DNA of 64,000 bases from Heterodontus francisci (Eukaryota). Location of the stretch: NCBI RefSeq assembly GCF_036365525.1, contig NW_027140453.1, positions 744,001 through 808,000 on the forward strand. Reading direction: 5' to 3'. Under the pieces are notes generated by a model, which did no database searches, had not been told where the DNA came from, and saw only the letters and a list, made by a program, of their open reading frames with translations. A program made the translations under genes and the position numbers. Shown in pieces: positions 12,431 through 25,075 of this stretch (position 1 is the first letter of the stretch; every line of letters begins with the position of its first letter).

Positions 12431-13575
12431 TATTGTAGAGTATCTCAAAGTTCTGGGCACTGACTGAAATTCACAGCTTCCCTCTCCATCACTTTATCAT
12501 TCAGATAGGCGGGACCCAGTTTTCTTTCATTTCCGGGGAGGGACCAATGTTAGACTCCTGGTAATCGCTTTCTGGAACTGCAATTCTGTTTCATTGACAT
12601 CTGCAGCCCGATCATTCGGATCCCTGTCCAAATATGTGCACACAGTACTCCAGGTGTGTTCTCACCGAGACCCAATACAAGTGTAATACGACTTCCTTAT
12701 TCTTGTACTCCCATCCCCCATGAAACAAAGACCAACATACCTGTAATTCAACAGAAGCACTTCATTGGCTGTAGAACTCCTTGGGAAGTTCCAGTTCGGC
12801 TTTCCAACTTTCTCCTCTCTTTCAGATACTGACGTTGACTATATAGAATTACAGACAATATAGAACACAGCATCAGGTGAACGGATCTATACAGGTGTTA
12901 ATGTTCCACAGATACATCCTTTCATCCCTCTTTATCTCAACCTCTCAGCATCTCCTGTCAGTCCTTTCTGCCTCGTATGTCTACTGGTTTCCCACTGAAT
13001 ACTATTTACCTCCACCACTGCCTGTGGTGGTGAGTTCCCCATTCTCACCAATCTCTGGGGAATGAAGTTTGTCCTGAATTCAGGTTTGGATTTTTACTGA
13101 GTATCTTATGCCTTATAATTCTGGTCTTTAGCCTCAAGTGAAAATATCTTCTCTACGTCTATCCTATCAAACCTATTAATAATATTAAAGACTTCTTATC
13201 TGGGCACCCCTCATTTCTAGAGAAAAACCCCAGCCTGTTCGATCTTTACTGCTATGTATAATTATACCGTGATCTAAATGTGGCCTAACCAATGTATATA
13301 GACGCCAGAACTGTGCATAGTGCTCCAGTTGTGATCTAACCAATGTATAATGAGAATGGAACAGTGCACAGTTCTCCAAATGAAATCGAACCAAGGTATG
13401 AGGAGACCTGAAATGTTGACAGTGCACCCAGTGTGTTTTAACCAAGGAGGTTGGAGGCCAAACATGTGCAAATTTCAATTTTGGAACCCAGGTACATGAA
13501 GATAAAACTGTGGATGAGGCCCTGCTCTTTGTGTTCTTGGAAAAGTTCCGTGAGTTTGAAGTCAGTCTGTGTGTG

Positions 13576-14470
13576 GTTCTTTGTCTAGACAGTGGATAAC
13601 TCTGAACTGCTTTGTCCCGTCAGTCACTGTAAATAAATACATCTCCACATAGACCTTACCTTGGAGAACCGACAGTAGACACCTCAAGGCACAGGAGAAG
13701 TAACACCAGAGGTGCCTCCGCATTAACCTTCAAATCCAGTGGCAAGACAGGTGGTCCAACAGCATCGTCCTCTCCCAAACCAACCTGTCTAGTGTCAGGG
13801 CGCGAATCACCCAAAACCAGTTCCACTGGCTGGGACATGACATTCACATTCCTGCCACCAGACTCCCCAAAGCAGCAGTTCTACTCAGAACTTAGCCGTG
13901 TCAGGAGACTCCCAGGAGGACAGCGGAAACTCTTTAGAGATGTCCTCACAGGATCCCTGGAGAGATGAAACATCCGCGTCGACTCCTTGGAGACCCTGGC
14001 TCCTGAACATCCCAGATGGAGAAAGGACAAACGGGAAGGCATTGGACACCTCGAGGAACTTAAGGAACATGCAGAGGTAAGGCCGAGGCATCGGAGGGAG
14101 CACACAAACCTGCAAACTACTCACCTGCCTGATCCTCAAAGCACCACCTGCCCCTCATGTGCCAGAGTCTGCAGATCATACACTGGTCTCATCAGCCATC
14201 TCAGAACCCATTGAACCGGAGTGGAAGCAAGTCATCCTCAATCCCGGGGGAATGCCTAAGAAGGGGAACTCTTTCCGGCTTCCTGGTTAATTTATTGTTT
14301 TGCACCATTCTGCAAAAGCAAACCCGCTCTGAAAACCTCAACATACTGAGTTTCACCTCCTCAATGAACAGACCTGATTAATACAGCACCTCCACCAGCG
14401 GTGTGAGGATATCACAACATGTCATTGTGAAGCCTTCTGTTCTGAAAACTGTCCCTCACTTGATCACATG
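13576..14470 (-). pseudogene. Highly decayed V relic (paralog of the 4533-4841 V) split by an RTE LINE
   Basis: 13576-13650 aligns to the RSS and 3' end of the 4.5-kb V (spacer ...ACTCTGAAC, 23 nt, heptamer decayed to CAAAGCA). 14319-14372 CAAACCCGCTCTGAAAACCTCAACATACTGAGTTTCAC aligns to 4632-4670. Confidence 0.7.
13656..14265 (+). mobile_element. RTE-clade LINE 3' fragment
   Basis: Decayed ..WLGHDIH..RLPKAAV..GGQRKLFRDVL and C-terminal C2H2 motif CPSCARVCRSYTGLISHLRTH. Confidence 0.7.
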
Positions 14471-16369
14471 AAGTGAGCACCAGATCTCCCGTTTTCCACC
14501 AGGAAACAGGGAACATGGGGGGCAAATGTTACTTTACACTTGGCACGATACATGTGGGAGTTGTGCTAAAGTCAGGATGGACATTCAGGCTCTCTCCTAG
14601 TTTCCTACAAACACCTGGGACTATGTAATTGTAAAATAGAAACTGGAAATCTACAAACTGGCATCTGGCTGCAACTATTTCAAGGTTGGACTGATATTAA
14701 TGTCACTTAATGACCCCAAAAGGATCAGATTTAAAGATCATCTACCTGATATCAAATCATTGATTTGTTTGACATTGCCAGAATATTTTGTGTGAAATAG
14801 TTGAGAAGTGAAACATTTCAGAAGCAGCCAAGTTGACCTGTTGAGCTGCTGTGGGTAAAGCTCACTCTGTCTGAGCATGTTCTGGGCAGCGGCGACACTA
14901 GAGTAACACTGGCACCTAGTGGCTTCACGTGCAACTGCAAGCACCGATTCTGCAGGCGTTTCAGTCTCAGACTCTAAAATTGTATCAGTCATTGGCTTTG
15001 TCATCCTACTCGACTCCCGTTTGCGCTTGTGGCATAGAACCAGATGGAAGTTAATGCACTCTTCCGCGCCATTCGGCCAGACAGCTCTCTGCTTCACTCA
15101 AGCCGCAACCAGTCAAATACATTTTGAAGTGCAGTCACTGTTGTACTGTCGGGAAGGAGGCAGACAAGCTGCAAGATCAAGTGCAGGGATATTCAGAAAG
15201 AACAGGGAGTGGGAGTAATTGGACAGGGAAGATGAAAACGAGGGATCATAAATGTAAGGTTGTCCTTAATAAATCCAATTGGGAATTCAGAAGGAGGTTC
15301 TTTAACCCAGGGAGCGGTCAGAATGTGGAATTCGCGACCAACTGGAATGGGTTGAGGTCGAATAGAGACAATACTGTTAAGGGGGGAGCTCAATAAATAC
15401 ATGAGTGAGAAAGGAATAGGAGAATCTGTTGATAGGGTAGGATGAAGAGAGATGGGAGGAGGTCGCTCTTTCGAACAGCCAGGCCAGGATCGATGGGCTG
15501 AATGGCCTGGATTTGTCCTGCATTATTCTATGATCCAATAAGACCCATCAACCTGCTGCCTTGTTTCAGGGCCAAGACAGTTTCATTCCCCACCCACACC
15601 TCCCCCACCCCCTTCCCCCACTTGTACTAAACGGGAGCTAAAGGGTTAACTTCTTCACCACACTGAACTCCAGTCATTGTGAAAATTCTTCAAAAGACAC
15701 CGAGAGACTGAGAGACAAGTGGGTTAACAGTTTTGAACAGATGCTGAAGCCGCCGTCTGGAGGCAGGTGTTCCAGTCAGAGACGGATCTGGAGAGGTTTC
15801 TCGCCTTTGCACTGTATGAATCATCAGAGACATGATTAAAGGTTCCAAGATCAACCATTTCCTATTTGTATAGACTTGTGTCCATTAGAGTAATGAGGGT
15901 AAGGGGAGATTTTAAAGATGTTGTCAGAAGTGTCTTGATAGAGAAACTGTATCCAGAGGGTCGTATCTACTGTCAGGAGGGTCGATAAACCAGGGACCAA
16001 AAATTGAAGGTAATTGGGAAAGGAACCAGAGTGGGAGATGAGTGGAATCTTTCTCCTCCGTGAATTGTTATCATGTGGAGGACACTGACTGAAAGGGCGG
16101 TGGAAGACCATCCAATCGTAACTTCCAGATGTCAATTGGAGAAGTAGATGAAGGGGAGATTTCTTAATGTAATGGAGAACTGGTCAGTGAATGGGAACTG
16201 GTCAGACAACTCTGTCAAAGAGCCAGTTCATTCAACAGTAGACATAGAAACTGACAGATCGTCAGAGTGTTAGAATGACACCCCAGATAGACAGGTCTAT
16301 CTCCCACAAGTGAGCTCTGACAATGTCTAGAGTTTTTGCTGAACTCCGGCGCCTTTCTGAATCACTGTG

Positions 16370-16988
16370 CTGACTCCAGGCACAGTAATACACGGCTGAT
16401 TGATTCACCCACAGGCTGGAGGACTCCAGGTAAAAATGGGTGTTTTCGGGTCTCCTGGCGGTGAAACCGTCCACCTCACCTGAGGGGTTGACCGTTCCGG
16501 CGTAGCTGGAATAGAAAAGGTCCTGAGGCTCACGGTCCAGATGCCATCGGTACCAGTAGAAATAGGAGCCTGCTGTTGCTTCTGTGTAAATACATTGGAT
16601 CCTGACTGGAGAGCCTGGGGAATGGGATATGGAAGCGGGAGTCTGTTGGATCAACACAGCCCCCACATCTGTAAAACAGAGAGGGAGAGAGAGAGAGAGA
16701 GAAATAGAGAGATAAACCCAGGGACAATGTCCATATCGTTACCAACAAGAAGAGGTAGAAGTGGGCAGACAGACAGAGATAGAGAGAGCGGTGGGGACCA
16801 GTTAGAGGCAGAGAGGCAGAGAGAGAGAGATGAGAGACAGAGAACGAAATATGGAGGGAGAAGGAGAGAGACAAAGACAGCCAGAGACTGAGAAGCAGAG
16901 ACACATGTACATCATTGTAACCTCACAGTTCAGGCACCTCCTTACCCGTTAACACCAACAACACAACCCAGAGCTGAGACACAGCCAT
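16370..16988 (-). CDS. TRBV: TCR V gene segment (probable TRBV), potentially functional: leader 16988-16946, V exon 16668-16370
   Basis: Close paralog of the 11.8-kb V; ..IQCIYTE..YWYRW..SAVYYCAWSQ. RSS CACAGTG 16369-16363 / 23 / GCAAAAACT 16339-16331. Confidence 0.9.
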
Positions 16989-19189
16989 CTCTGGAGGGTG
17001 AAGGATCCGTGTGGTTTTATATGAAATGACTGAGCACTTGTATTGTCGAGTACCCCAAAGTTCTGGGTACTGACTGGAATTTATAGCTTCCGTCTCCATC
17101 ATCTTCAACACTTGCCTATGCGGAGCCAAGCTTTCTTTCTTTGCTCATGGGCTCACCGAGGACTCGTCATTTCTGGGGAGGGACCAATGTTTGACCCTCA
17201 GCTCATCGGTTTCTGGGCCTGCAGTTCTGTTTCATGTCTTTGATAGTTGCAGAAGGGAAGGGAGCAAATGTGATTTAAACTATCTTCTGTGGTGGAGAGG
17301 TGATTAAATGAGCGGGTGTGTTGGGATCATCAATACCTTCAATACTCCCCTGATCATAACCACATTCATCCTGACACCATCCTCACACTCATCATTACCA
17401 TCTGAGGCCACATTGTCACCCTCCTCCCGACCGCCAGCATCTGTGTCAGCCTCACCCTCAGCAGCCTCATAACCATGAAAAGATGCTCACTCCACCATCA
17501 TTATCAAGCTTGTTCTCTTCCAATTGTATCTGAATGTATTCAGTGATGGGATGTGTGCATTGCTGGGAGGGTCATTTCAGAAAAGCTGAGATGTTACAAG
17601 AGTAAATGTTCACTTTCTTTCTTAAATATCCATCAGGACTCGGTAACAATGGAAATGTTAAAGGTTAGACCAGGAGTGGGGTGACAAGTTAACTATTCCA
17701 TAGATGCACTTGACATGAAGTGAGGAGACCATGGATGGAATGGGAAACATTCCAATGTGTGTGGATTGAATGAGCAGTGGTGTGGTCCAGCATCGCACCC
17801 CTAACCTTCTGGATAGGGTTCTGGGACTTTTTGGAACCTTGTGTGTTACAATGAACAGCTTCTCCCACACCTCCACATAGCTGAAATCCCTCACGCCCGG
17901 TCACCTCCTTGTAAATCTCCTTTGCACCCTCTGCATCCTCCCAACAATGTCATGTACAGAAGTGGACGTAGCACACCGGTTGAAGCCAAAACAGGCTTTT
18001 TATAAAGGGTTTAGCATCAATTTGTTGCGTTTGTGTTGCATTCAAAATTGTGTGCGTTAATTCTGCTTAATCAGGGAAAATAGTATGAAACATGCATTTC
18101 GGTACGACATTTTTGCTCGGTGGATTTGTTTTGACTTACCTGCAGTTTTTTGGCACTAAAGTGTCAGCCTTTTTCTTGGCTCCAGTCTGTGGAGTGGGTC
18201 CTTCTAACTCAGAGAGGACAGTTCTACCCACTCAGGCAGCGCACGTTGAGTCTTGAGTACCTCACCTCCTGACTCCCCAAAGCCTGTCCACCATCTATAA
18301 GGTACAAGTCAGGAGTGTGTTGGAATACTCTCCACTAGAGTGTGGCTCCAACAACACTGAAGAAGCTCGATACCATCCAGGACAAAACAGCCCGCTTGAT
18401 TGGCACCCCATTCACAAACTTTCACCCCTCCACCACCGACGCACAGTGGCAGCAGTGTGTACTATATAGAAAATGCACTGCAGCAATGCACCAAGGCTCC
18501 TTCGACAACACCTTCCAAAACCACGACCTCCAACACCTAGAAGGACAAGGACAGCAGATGCACGGGAACATCACCAACTGCAGGTTCTCCTTCAAGCCAC
18601 ATGCCATCCTGACTTGGAACTATATCGCCGTTCCTTCACTGTCGCTGGGTCAAAATCCTGGAACTCCATTCCTAACAGGACCGTGGGTGGACCTACCCCA
18701 CATGGACTGCAGTGGTTCAAGAAGGCAGCTCACCACCACCTTCTCAAGGGCAACTTGGGATGGATAGCAAATGTTGGACTGGTCAGCGATGCTCACATCT
18801 CAATAAATAATTATTTTAAAACTATAAATGAACAGAAGCTACTTCTTTCGGCAGAAGGCAACCAGGAGACATTGATTAAATGTAACTGGCAGATGAATAA
18901 GTGGGGGGAGGGGGGAGATGTGATGATTTGTTTAAGCAGCGAGTTGTTATGATGTGGCTAGCACTGTCTGAAAGGGTGTTGGAAGCACCTTGAACATGAA
19001 CATTCAAAAGGCAATGGATTGCACACGTGAATGGAATCAATGTGCATGGCTATGGGGAAGTAGCAGGGGGGAAGAGCATAAACTGGACAGTTCTTTCAAA
19101 TAAGCCAGTACGGGGGAGATGGGCCGAATGGTCTCCTTCTGTTCTGTTATCCAAGATGATTCCATGAACTGGTTGCAGAAAATGAGCAG

Positions 19190-19550
19190 TCAGTCTACTG
19201 CTGCCCCCTGCCGGTGGAAGATGAGCACTGAGATTCAATCTACTGCTGCCCCCTGCCGGTGGAAGATGAGCACTGAGATTCAATCTACTGCTGCCCCCTG
19301 CCGGTGGAAGATGAGCACTGAGATTCAATCTACTGCTGCCCCCTGCCGGTGGAAGATGAGCACTGAGATTCAATCAACTGCTGCTCCCTGCCAGTGGAGG
19401 ATGAGCACTGAGATTCAATCTACTGCTGCCTCCTGCCGGTGGAGGATGAGCACTGAGATTCAATCTACTGCTGCCCCCTGCTGGTGGAAAATGAGCATTG
19501 ATATACAATCTGCTGCTGCCCCATGCCGGTGGAAGATGAGCACTGAACTC
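19190..19550 (-). repeat. 45-bp minisatellite, 8 copies, each with a CTCF-like core CC(G/A)GCAGGGGGCAG on the minus strand
   Basis: Unit TCTACTGCTGCCCCCTGCCGGTGGAAGATGAGCACTGAGATTCAA; cores at 19201, 19246, 19291, 19336, 19381, 19426, 19471 and 19516. Confidence 0.9.
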
Positions 19551-19605
19551 CTGTTCATCCGCTGCAGGTTTTTGCAGCTGAGTATCCGCTTTCTCAAACA
19601 CTGTG

Positions 19606-20440
19606 CAATACTACAAGCGCAGAAATAGACAGCGGTGTGAGATGGAGCGGCGTCTCTCAGTGCCAAAGTAAACAGCGTATCGCTGGCTCTGACTGCCTTA
19701 AATGACTCGGACGTGTAATTGGTAACAGACCCTTCTGTAGCAGAATAGAACAGAGCTTCCAGTGCCCTGTCTGGTTGTTGTCTGTACCAGTACATATAGG
19801 AATTGGCAGTATTGGTCAGCGTGCATCTGAGTGTTGTCGACTCTCCTGCTGCAATCGATAGGATCGAGGGTGACTGTTCCACATAGGAGGAGAGTATTCC
19901 TGTGGAATGGAACATCGATTAGATTATTATTTCAGTCAATAATGGATTGGAGCAGGGGCTGCATTGCAAGAAAGAAACGGCTTACATTAATATAGCGCCG
20001 TTCAGGACCTCCGGACATCAGAAAGTGCTTTGCAACAAATGCAGTTACTCCATCAGTACTGCCTATTCGACAGTGCAGCAGTCCCTCAGTACTGCCTCTG
20101 CGACAGTGCAGCACTACCTCAGTACTGCCTGTGCGACAGTGCAGCACTACCTCAGTACTGCCTCTGCGACAGTGCAGCACTACCTCAGTACTGCCTCTGT
20201 GACAGTGCAGCACTTCTCCAGTACTGCCTCTGCGACAGTGCAGCACTCCCTCAGTCATGACACCCGGGGTGTTCAGCCTTGATTTTGAGCTGAAGTGTTC
20301 TGGAGTGAGACTCTAACACAGGCGTGTTCCAGACAGAATCACCGCTAACATTACAGTACATTATTCTACACAGTTTCTGACTTTGACTTACGTGGGAACA
20401 GGGCAGGCATCATTGTTAGACAGAGAACTTCATGCAACAT
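19606..20440 (-). CDS. TRBV: TCR V gene segment (probable TRBV), potentially functional: leader 20440-20392, V exon 19899-19606
   Basis: Leader MLHEVLCLTMMPALFP with GTAAGT donor; V ILSSYVEQSPS..RC..YWYRQ..HTAVYFCACSI. RSS CACAGTG 19605-19599 / 23 / GCAAAAACC 19575-19567. Confidence 0.9.
20050..20260 (+). repeat. 33-bp minisatellite in V intron (also about 22300-22470 and 24690-24890)
   Basis: Unit CAGTACTGCCTCTGCGACAGTGCAGCACTCCCT; copy number differs between paralogs. Confidence 0.85.
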
Positions 20441-20519
20441 GATTTCTTCATTCGATACTAACTCGATGTGTGAACGTGTGGAGTTTTCAACAGCACACTT
20501 GCAGGCGGTTTCTATATTG

Positions 20520-20575
20520 TGTTCAATTAAATACCCAGCATCCGGTTGTCATTGTTATTGGCAGTCACTTACTGC
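20520..20575 (-). promoter_or_regulatory. Probable V promoter (CCAAT, ETS-like CCGGAT, TATA-like TATTTAA), conserved at about 22735-22785 and 25155-25205
   Basis: Minus strand AAGTGACTGCCAATAACAATGACAACCGGATGCTGGGTATTTAATTG, about 85-130 bp upstream of the leader ATG. Confidence 0.5.
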
Positions 20576-21851
20576 GACACTCTGCTCCACCCCATTACAT
20601 TGTATAGCAATGTTGTTGAATGATACAACACAAGGGGATAGGGGGAGATTGAATAGAGGTGTTCACATTTCAGAAAGGGATTTGATAGAGTAGAATTCAG
20701 GGAAGCAACCCTCTATACCCAGAGAGTGTGCCCATCCTTTATTGCCTCTGAGAAGGTGGTGGTGAACCATCTTCGGAATTACCTGCTGGGCCATATCAGA
20801 TGGCAGTTAATAGTCAACCACATTGCAGTGGGTCTGCAGTCACATATAGGCCAGACCGGGTAAGAATGGCAGATTTCCTTCCCTGAAGGTCATCAATGAA
20901 TACGTTAGGTTTTTACGACACTCCATGTTCAGAATTGCTCTTACTTTCCATTACAGATTTTATTTATTTACTTAATTAAATTTAAATTCAATTTCTGCCC
21001 TGGTGAGAATTGAACTCATGTCTGGGGATCATTAGTTCAGGCCTCTGGATTACTAGTCCAGTAACATAACTGCTCTGCTACCGTACCTCCTTGCTGAATG
21101 GAGGTTAAAGGGTTAAATTGTTCACTGGTCTGAACTGCGTGTTTCTTTGAAGAACACATCAAATGTGACTCGAGTCTAAGATGAAAGTGGGTAAAGAGTT
21201 TTCAGCAGCTTCTGAACTCGCTGTCAGGAGGCAGGTGTCCCAGAGATGAAGGTATCTGGAGAGGGGTCTCACTTTGAACAGTGTGAAACAGCGCTCAGAT
21301 GGTTAATGGTTCTGCGCTGAGTTAGTTCCTGTGCATTAGGGGGTTGTTCGCCTCTGTGTAGTGAAGGTTAGAGGGAGATTAACCAGACTGGTATCAGGGA
21401 TGAGGGACTTCAGTTACTGTGGAGAGACTGGAGAAGCTGGGGGTTTCTGCCCTTAGAGCAGAGAAGGTTAATTAGATGTGATACAGATATTGAAGATCAT
21501 AGAGGATTTTGATAGATAATTGATGATAAATCACATCTTCTACTGGTCAATATATAGAAAATCTATGAAAAGATGGTCATTCATTACATTACTGCAGTAT
21601 GTTTAATTAGTTCATACAAAGTGTAATTACATAAAGATAGAGTTAGATAGATAGAGAGACAGAGAGATAGATAACCAGGTAGAGAGATAGATAGATAGAG
21701 AGACAGAGAGATAAACAATCAGGTGGACAGATAGATATGAACAGAAAGCTTCAATCTACTGCTGCCCCCTGCCAGTTGAAGATGAGCACTGAACTCCCGT
21801 TCATCCGCTGCAGGTTTTTGCAGCTGCTGATCCGCTTTCTCAAACACTGTG

Positions 21852-22653
21852 CGATACTACAAGCGCAGAAATAGACAGCGGTGTGAGATGGAGCGGCGTC
21901 TTTCAGTGCCAAAGTAAACAGTGTATTGCTGGCTCTGTCTGCCTTAAATGACTCGGACGTGTAATTGGTGACAGACCCTGTTCCAACAGAATAGAACAGA
22001 GCTTCCAGTGCCCTGTCTGGTTGTTGTCTGTACCAGTACATTGCAGGATAGCCAGTATTCTTCAGCGTGCATCTGAGTGTTGTCGACTCTCCTGTGGAAA
22101 TCGATAGGATAGAGGGCGACTGTTCCACATAGGAGGAGAGTATTCCTGTGGGACGGAACATCGATTAGATTATTATTTCAGTCAATAATGGATTGGAGCA
22201 GGGGCTGCATTACAAGAAAGAGAGGGCTTACATTAATATATCGCCGTTCAGGACCTCAGGGCATCAGAAACGGCTTTGCAACCAATGTAGTTACTCCCTC
22301 ATTACTGCCTCTGCGAAAGTGCGGCACTCCCTCAGTACTGCCTCTGCAACAGTGCAGCACTCCCTCAGTACTGCCTCTGCGACAGTGCAGCACTCCCTCA
22401 GTACTGCCTCTGCGACAGTGCAGCACACCCTCAGTACTGCCTCTGCGACAGTCCAGCACTCCCACAGCCCTGACACCTGGGGTGTTAATTTTGACTTTGA
22501 GCTCAAGTGTTCTGGAGTGAGACTCTGACACAGCAGTGTTACGGAACAGAATCACCGCTGACATTACAATACATTATTCGACACAGTTTCTGACTTTGAC
22601 TTACGTGGGAAGAATGCAGCCATCAAGATTAGACAGAGAACTTCATGCAACAT
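21852..22653 (-). CDS. TRBV: TCR V gene segment (probable TRBV), potentially functional: leader 22653-22605, V exon 22145-21852
   Basis: Leader MLHEVLCLILMAAFFP; open V ending HTAVYFCACSI. RSS CACAGTG 21851-21845 / 23 / GCAAAAACC 21821-21813. Confidence 0.9.
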
Positions 22654-23859
22654 GATTTCTTCATTCGATACTAACTCGATGTGTGAACGTGTGGCGTTTT
22701 CAACAACACACTTGCAGGTTGTTTCTATACTGTGTTCAATTAAATACCCAGCATCCGGTTGTCATTGTGATTGGCTGTCACTTACTGCACACTCTGCTCC
22801 ACCCCATTACATTGGATAACAATGTTGTTGAATGATACAACACAGGAGGATAGGGGGAGATTGAATAGAGGTGTTCACATTTCAGAAAGGGATTTGATAG
22901 AGTAGAATTCAGGGAAACTACCCTCTATACCCAGAGAGTGTGCCCATCCCTTATTGCCCCTGAGAAGGTGATGGTGAACCATCTTCGGGAATACCTGCTG
23001 GGCCATATCAGAGGGCAGTTAACAGTCAACCACATTGCTGTGGGTCTGCAGTCACATATAGGCCAGACCGGGTAAGAATGGCAGATTTCCTTCCCTGAAG
23101 GTAATCAATGAAGACGTTGGGTTTTTACGACACTCCATGTTCAGGATTACTCATACTTTCCATTCTAGATTTTTATTTATTTAATTAATTGAATTTAAAT
23201 TGCATTTCTGCCCCGGTGGGAATTGAACTCAAGTCTGGGGATCATTAGTCCAGGCCTCTGGATTACTAGCCCAGTAACATAACTGCTCTGCTGCCGAACC
23301 TCCGTGGTGAATGAGAGTTAAAGGGTTAAATTGTTCACTGGTCTGAACTGCTAGTTTCTTTGAAAAACACATTAAATGTGACTCGAGTATAAGATGAAAG
23401 TGGGTAAAGAGTTTTCAGCAGCTTCTCAACTCGCTGTCAGGAGGCAGGTGTCCCAGAGATGAAGGTATCTGGAGAGGGGTCTCACTTTGAACTGTGTGAA
23501 ACAGCGCTCAGATGGTTAATGGTTCTGAGCTGAGTTAGTTCCTGTGCATTGGGGGGTTGTTCGCCTCTGTTTTGTGAAGGTTAGAGGGAGATTAACCAGA
23601 CTGGTATCAGGGATGAGGGACTTCAGTTATTGTGGAGAGACTGGAGAAGCTGGGGGTTTCTGCCCTTAGAGCAGAGAAGGTTAATTAGATGTGATACAGA
23701 TATTGAAGATCATAGAGGATTTTGATAGATAATTGATGATAAACCACATCATCTACTGGTCAATATATAGAAAATCGATGAAAAGATAGTCATTCATTAC
23801 ATTACTACAGTCTGTTTAATTAGTTCATACAAACTGTAATTACCTAAATATAGATTTAG

Positions 23860-24100
23860 ATAGATAGAGAGACAGAGAGATAGATAACCAGGTAGAGAGA
23901 TAGATAGATAGAGAGACAGAGAGATAGATAACCAGGTAAAGAGATAGATAGATAGAGAGACAGAGAGATAGATAACCAGGTAGAGAGATAGATAGATAGA
24001 GAGACAGAGAGATAGATAACCAGGTAAAGAGATAGATAGATAGAGAGACAGAGAGATAGATAACCAGGTAGAGAGATAGATAGATAGAGAGACAGAGAGA
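23860..24100 (+). repeat. 44-bp GATA/GA-rich tandem repeat
   Basis: Unit GATAGATAACCAGGTAGAGAGATAGATAGATAGAGAGACAGAGA about 5 times; single copy in the paralog near 21660. Confidence 0.85.
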
Positions 24101-24240
24101 TAAACAATCAGGTGGACAGATAGATATGAACAGAAAGCTTCAATCTACTGCTGCCCCCTGCCAGTTGAAGTTGAGCACTGAACTCCCGTTCATCCGCTGC
24201 AGGTTTTTGCAGCTGCTGATCCGCTTTCTCAAACACTGTG

Positions 24241-25075
24241 CGATACTACAAGCGCAGAAATAGACAGCGGTGTGAGATGGAGCGGCGTCTCTCAGTGCCA
24301 AAGTAAACAGTGTATTGCTGGCTCTGTCTGCCTTAAATGACTCGGATGTGTAATTGGTGACAGACCCTGTTCCAGCAGAATAGAACAGAGCTTCCAGTGC
24401 CCTGTCTGGTTGTTGTCTGTACCAGTACATTGCAGGATAGCCAGTATTCTTCAGCGTGCATCTGAGTGTTGTCGACTCTCCTGCGGAAATCGATAGGATA
24501 GAGGGCGACTGTTCCACATAGGAGGCGAGTATTCCTGTGGAATGGAACATCGATTAGATTATTATTTCAGTCAATAATGGATTGGAGCAGGGTCTGCATT
24601 ACAAGAAAGAGAGGGCTGACATTAATATATCGCCGTTCAGGACCTCAGGGCATCAGAAAGGGCTTTGCAACCAATGTAGTTACTCCCTCATTACTGCCTC
24701 TGCGAAAGTGCGGCACTCCCTCAGTACTGCCTCTGCAACAGTGCAGCACTCCCTCAGTACTGCCTCTGTGACAGTGCTGCACTCCCTCAGTACTGCCTCT
24801 GCGACAGTGCAGCACTCCCTCAGTACTGCCTCTGCGACAGTGCAGCACACACTCAGTACTGCCTCTGCAACAGTCCAGCACTCCCTCAGCCCTGACACCT
24901 GGGGTGTTAGTTTTGACTTTGAGCTCAAGTGTTCTGGAGTGAGACTCTGACACAGCAGTGTTATGGAACAGAATCACCGCTGACATTACAATACATTATT
25001 CGACACAGTTTCTGACTTTGACTTACGTGGGAAGAATGCAGCCATCAAGATTAGACAGAGAACTTCATGCAACAT
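24241..25075 (-). CDS. TRBV: TCR V gene segment (probable TRBV), potentially functional: leader 25075-25027, V exon 24534-24241
   Basis: Near-identical to the 21.9-kb V. RSS CACAGTG 24240-24234 / 23 / GCAAAAACC 24210-24202. Confidence 0.9.

Noticed and set aside
19190-19550. Regular repeats here and at 49.7, 52 and 60.1 kb as CRISPR-like arrays
   Set aside because: Head-to-tail units with no unique spacers, vertebrate context and no cas genes.
20050-20260. GACAGTG/AACAGTG in the 33-bp repeats as cryptic RSS heptamers
   Set aside because: They lack the essential CAC and have no nonamer.
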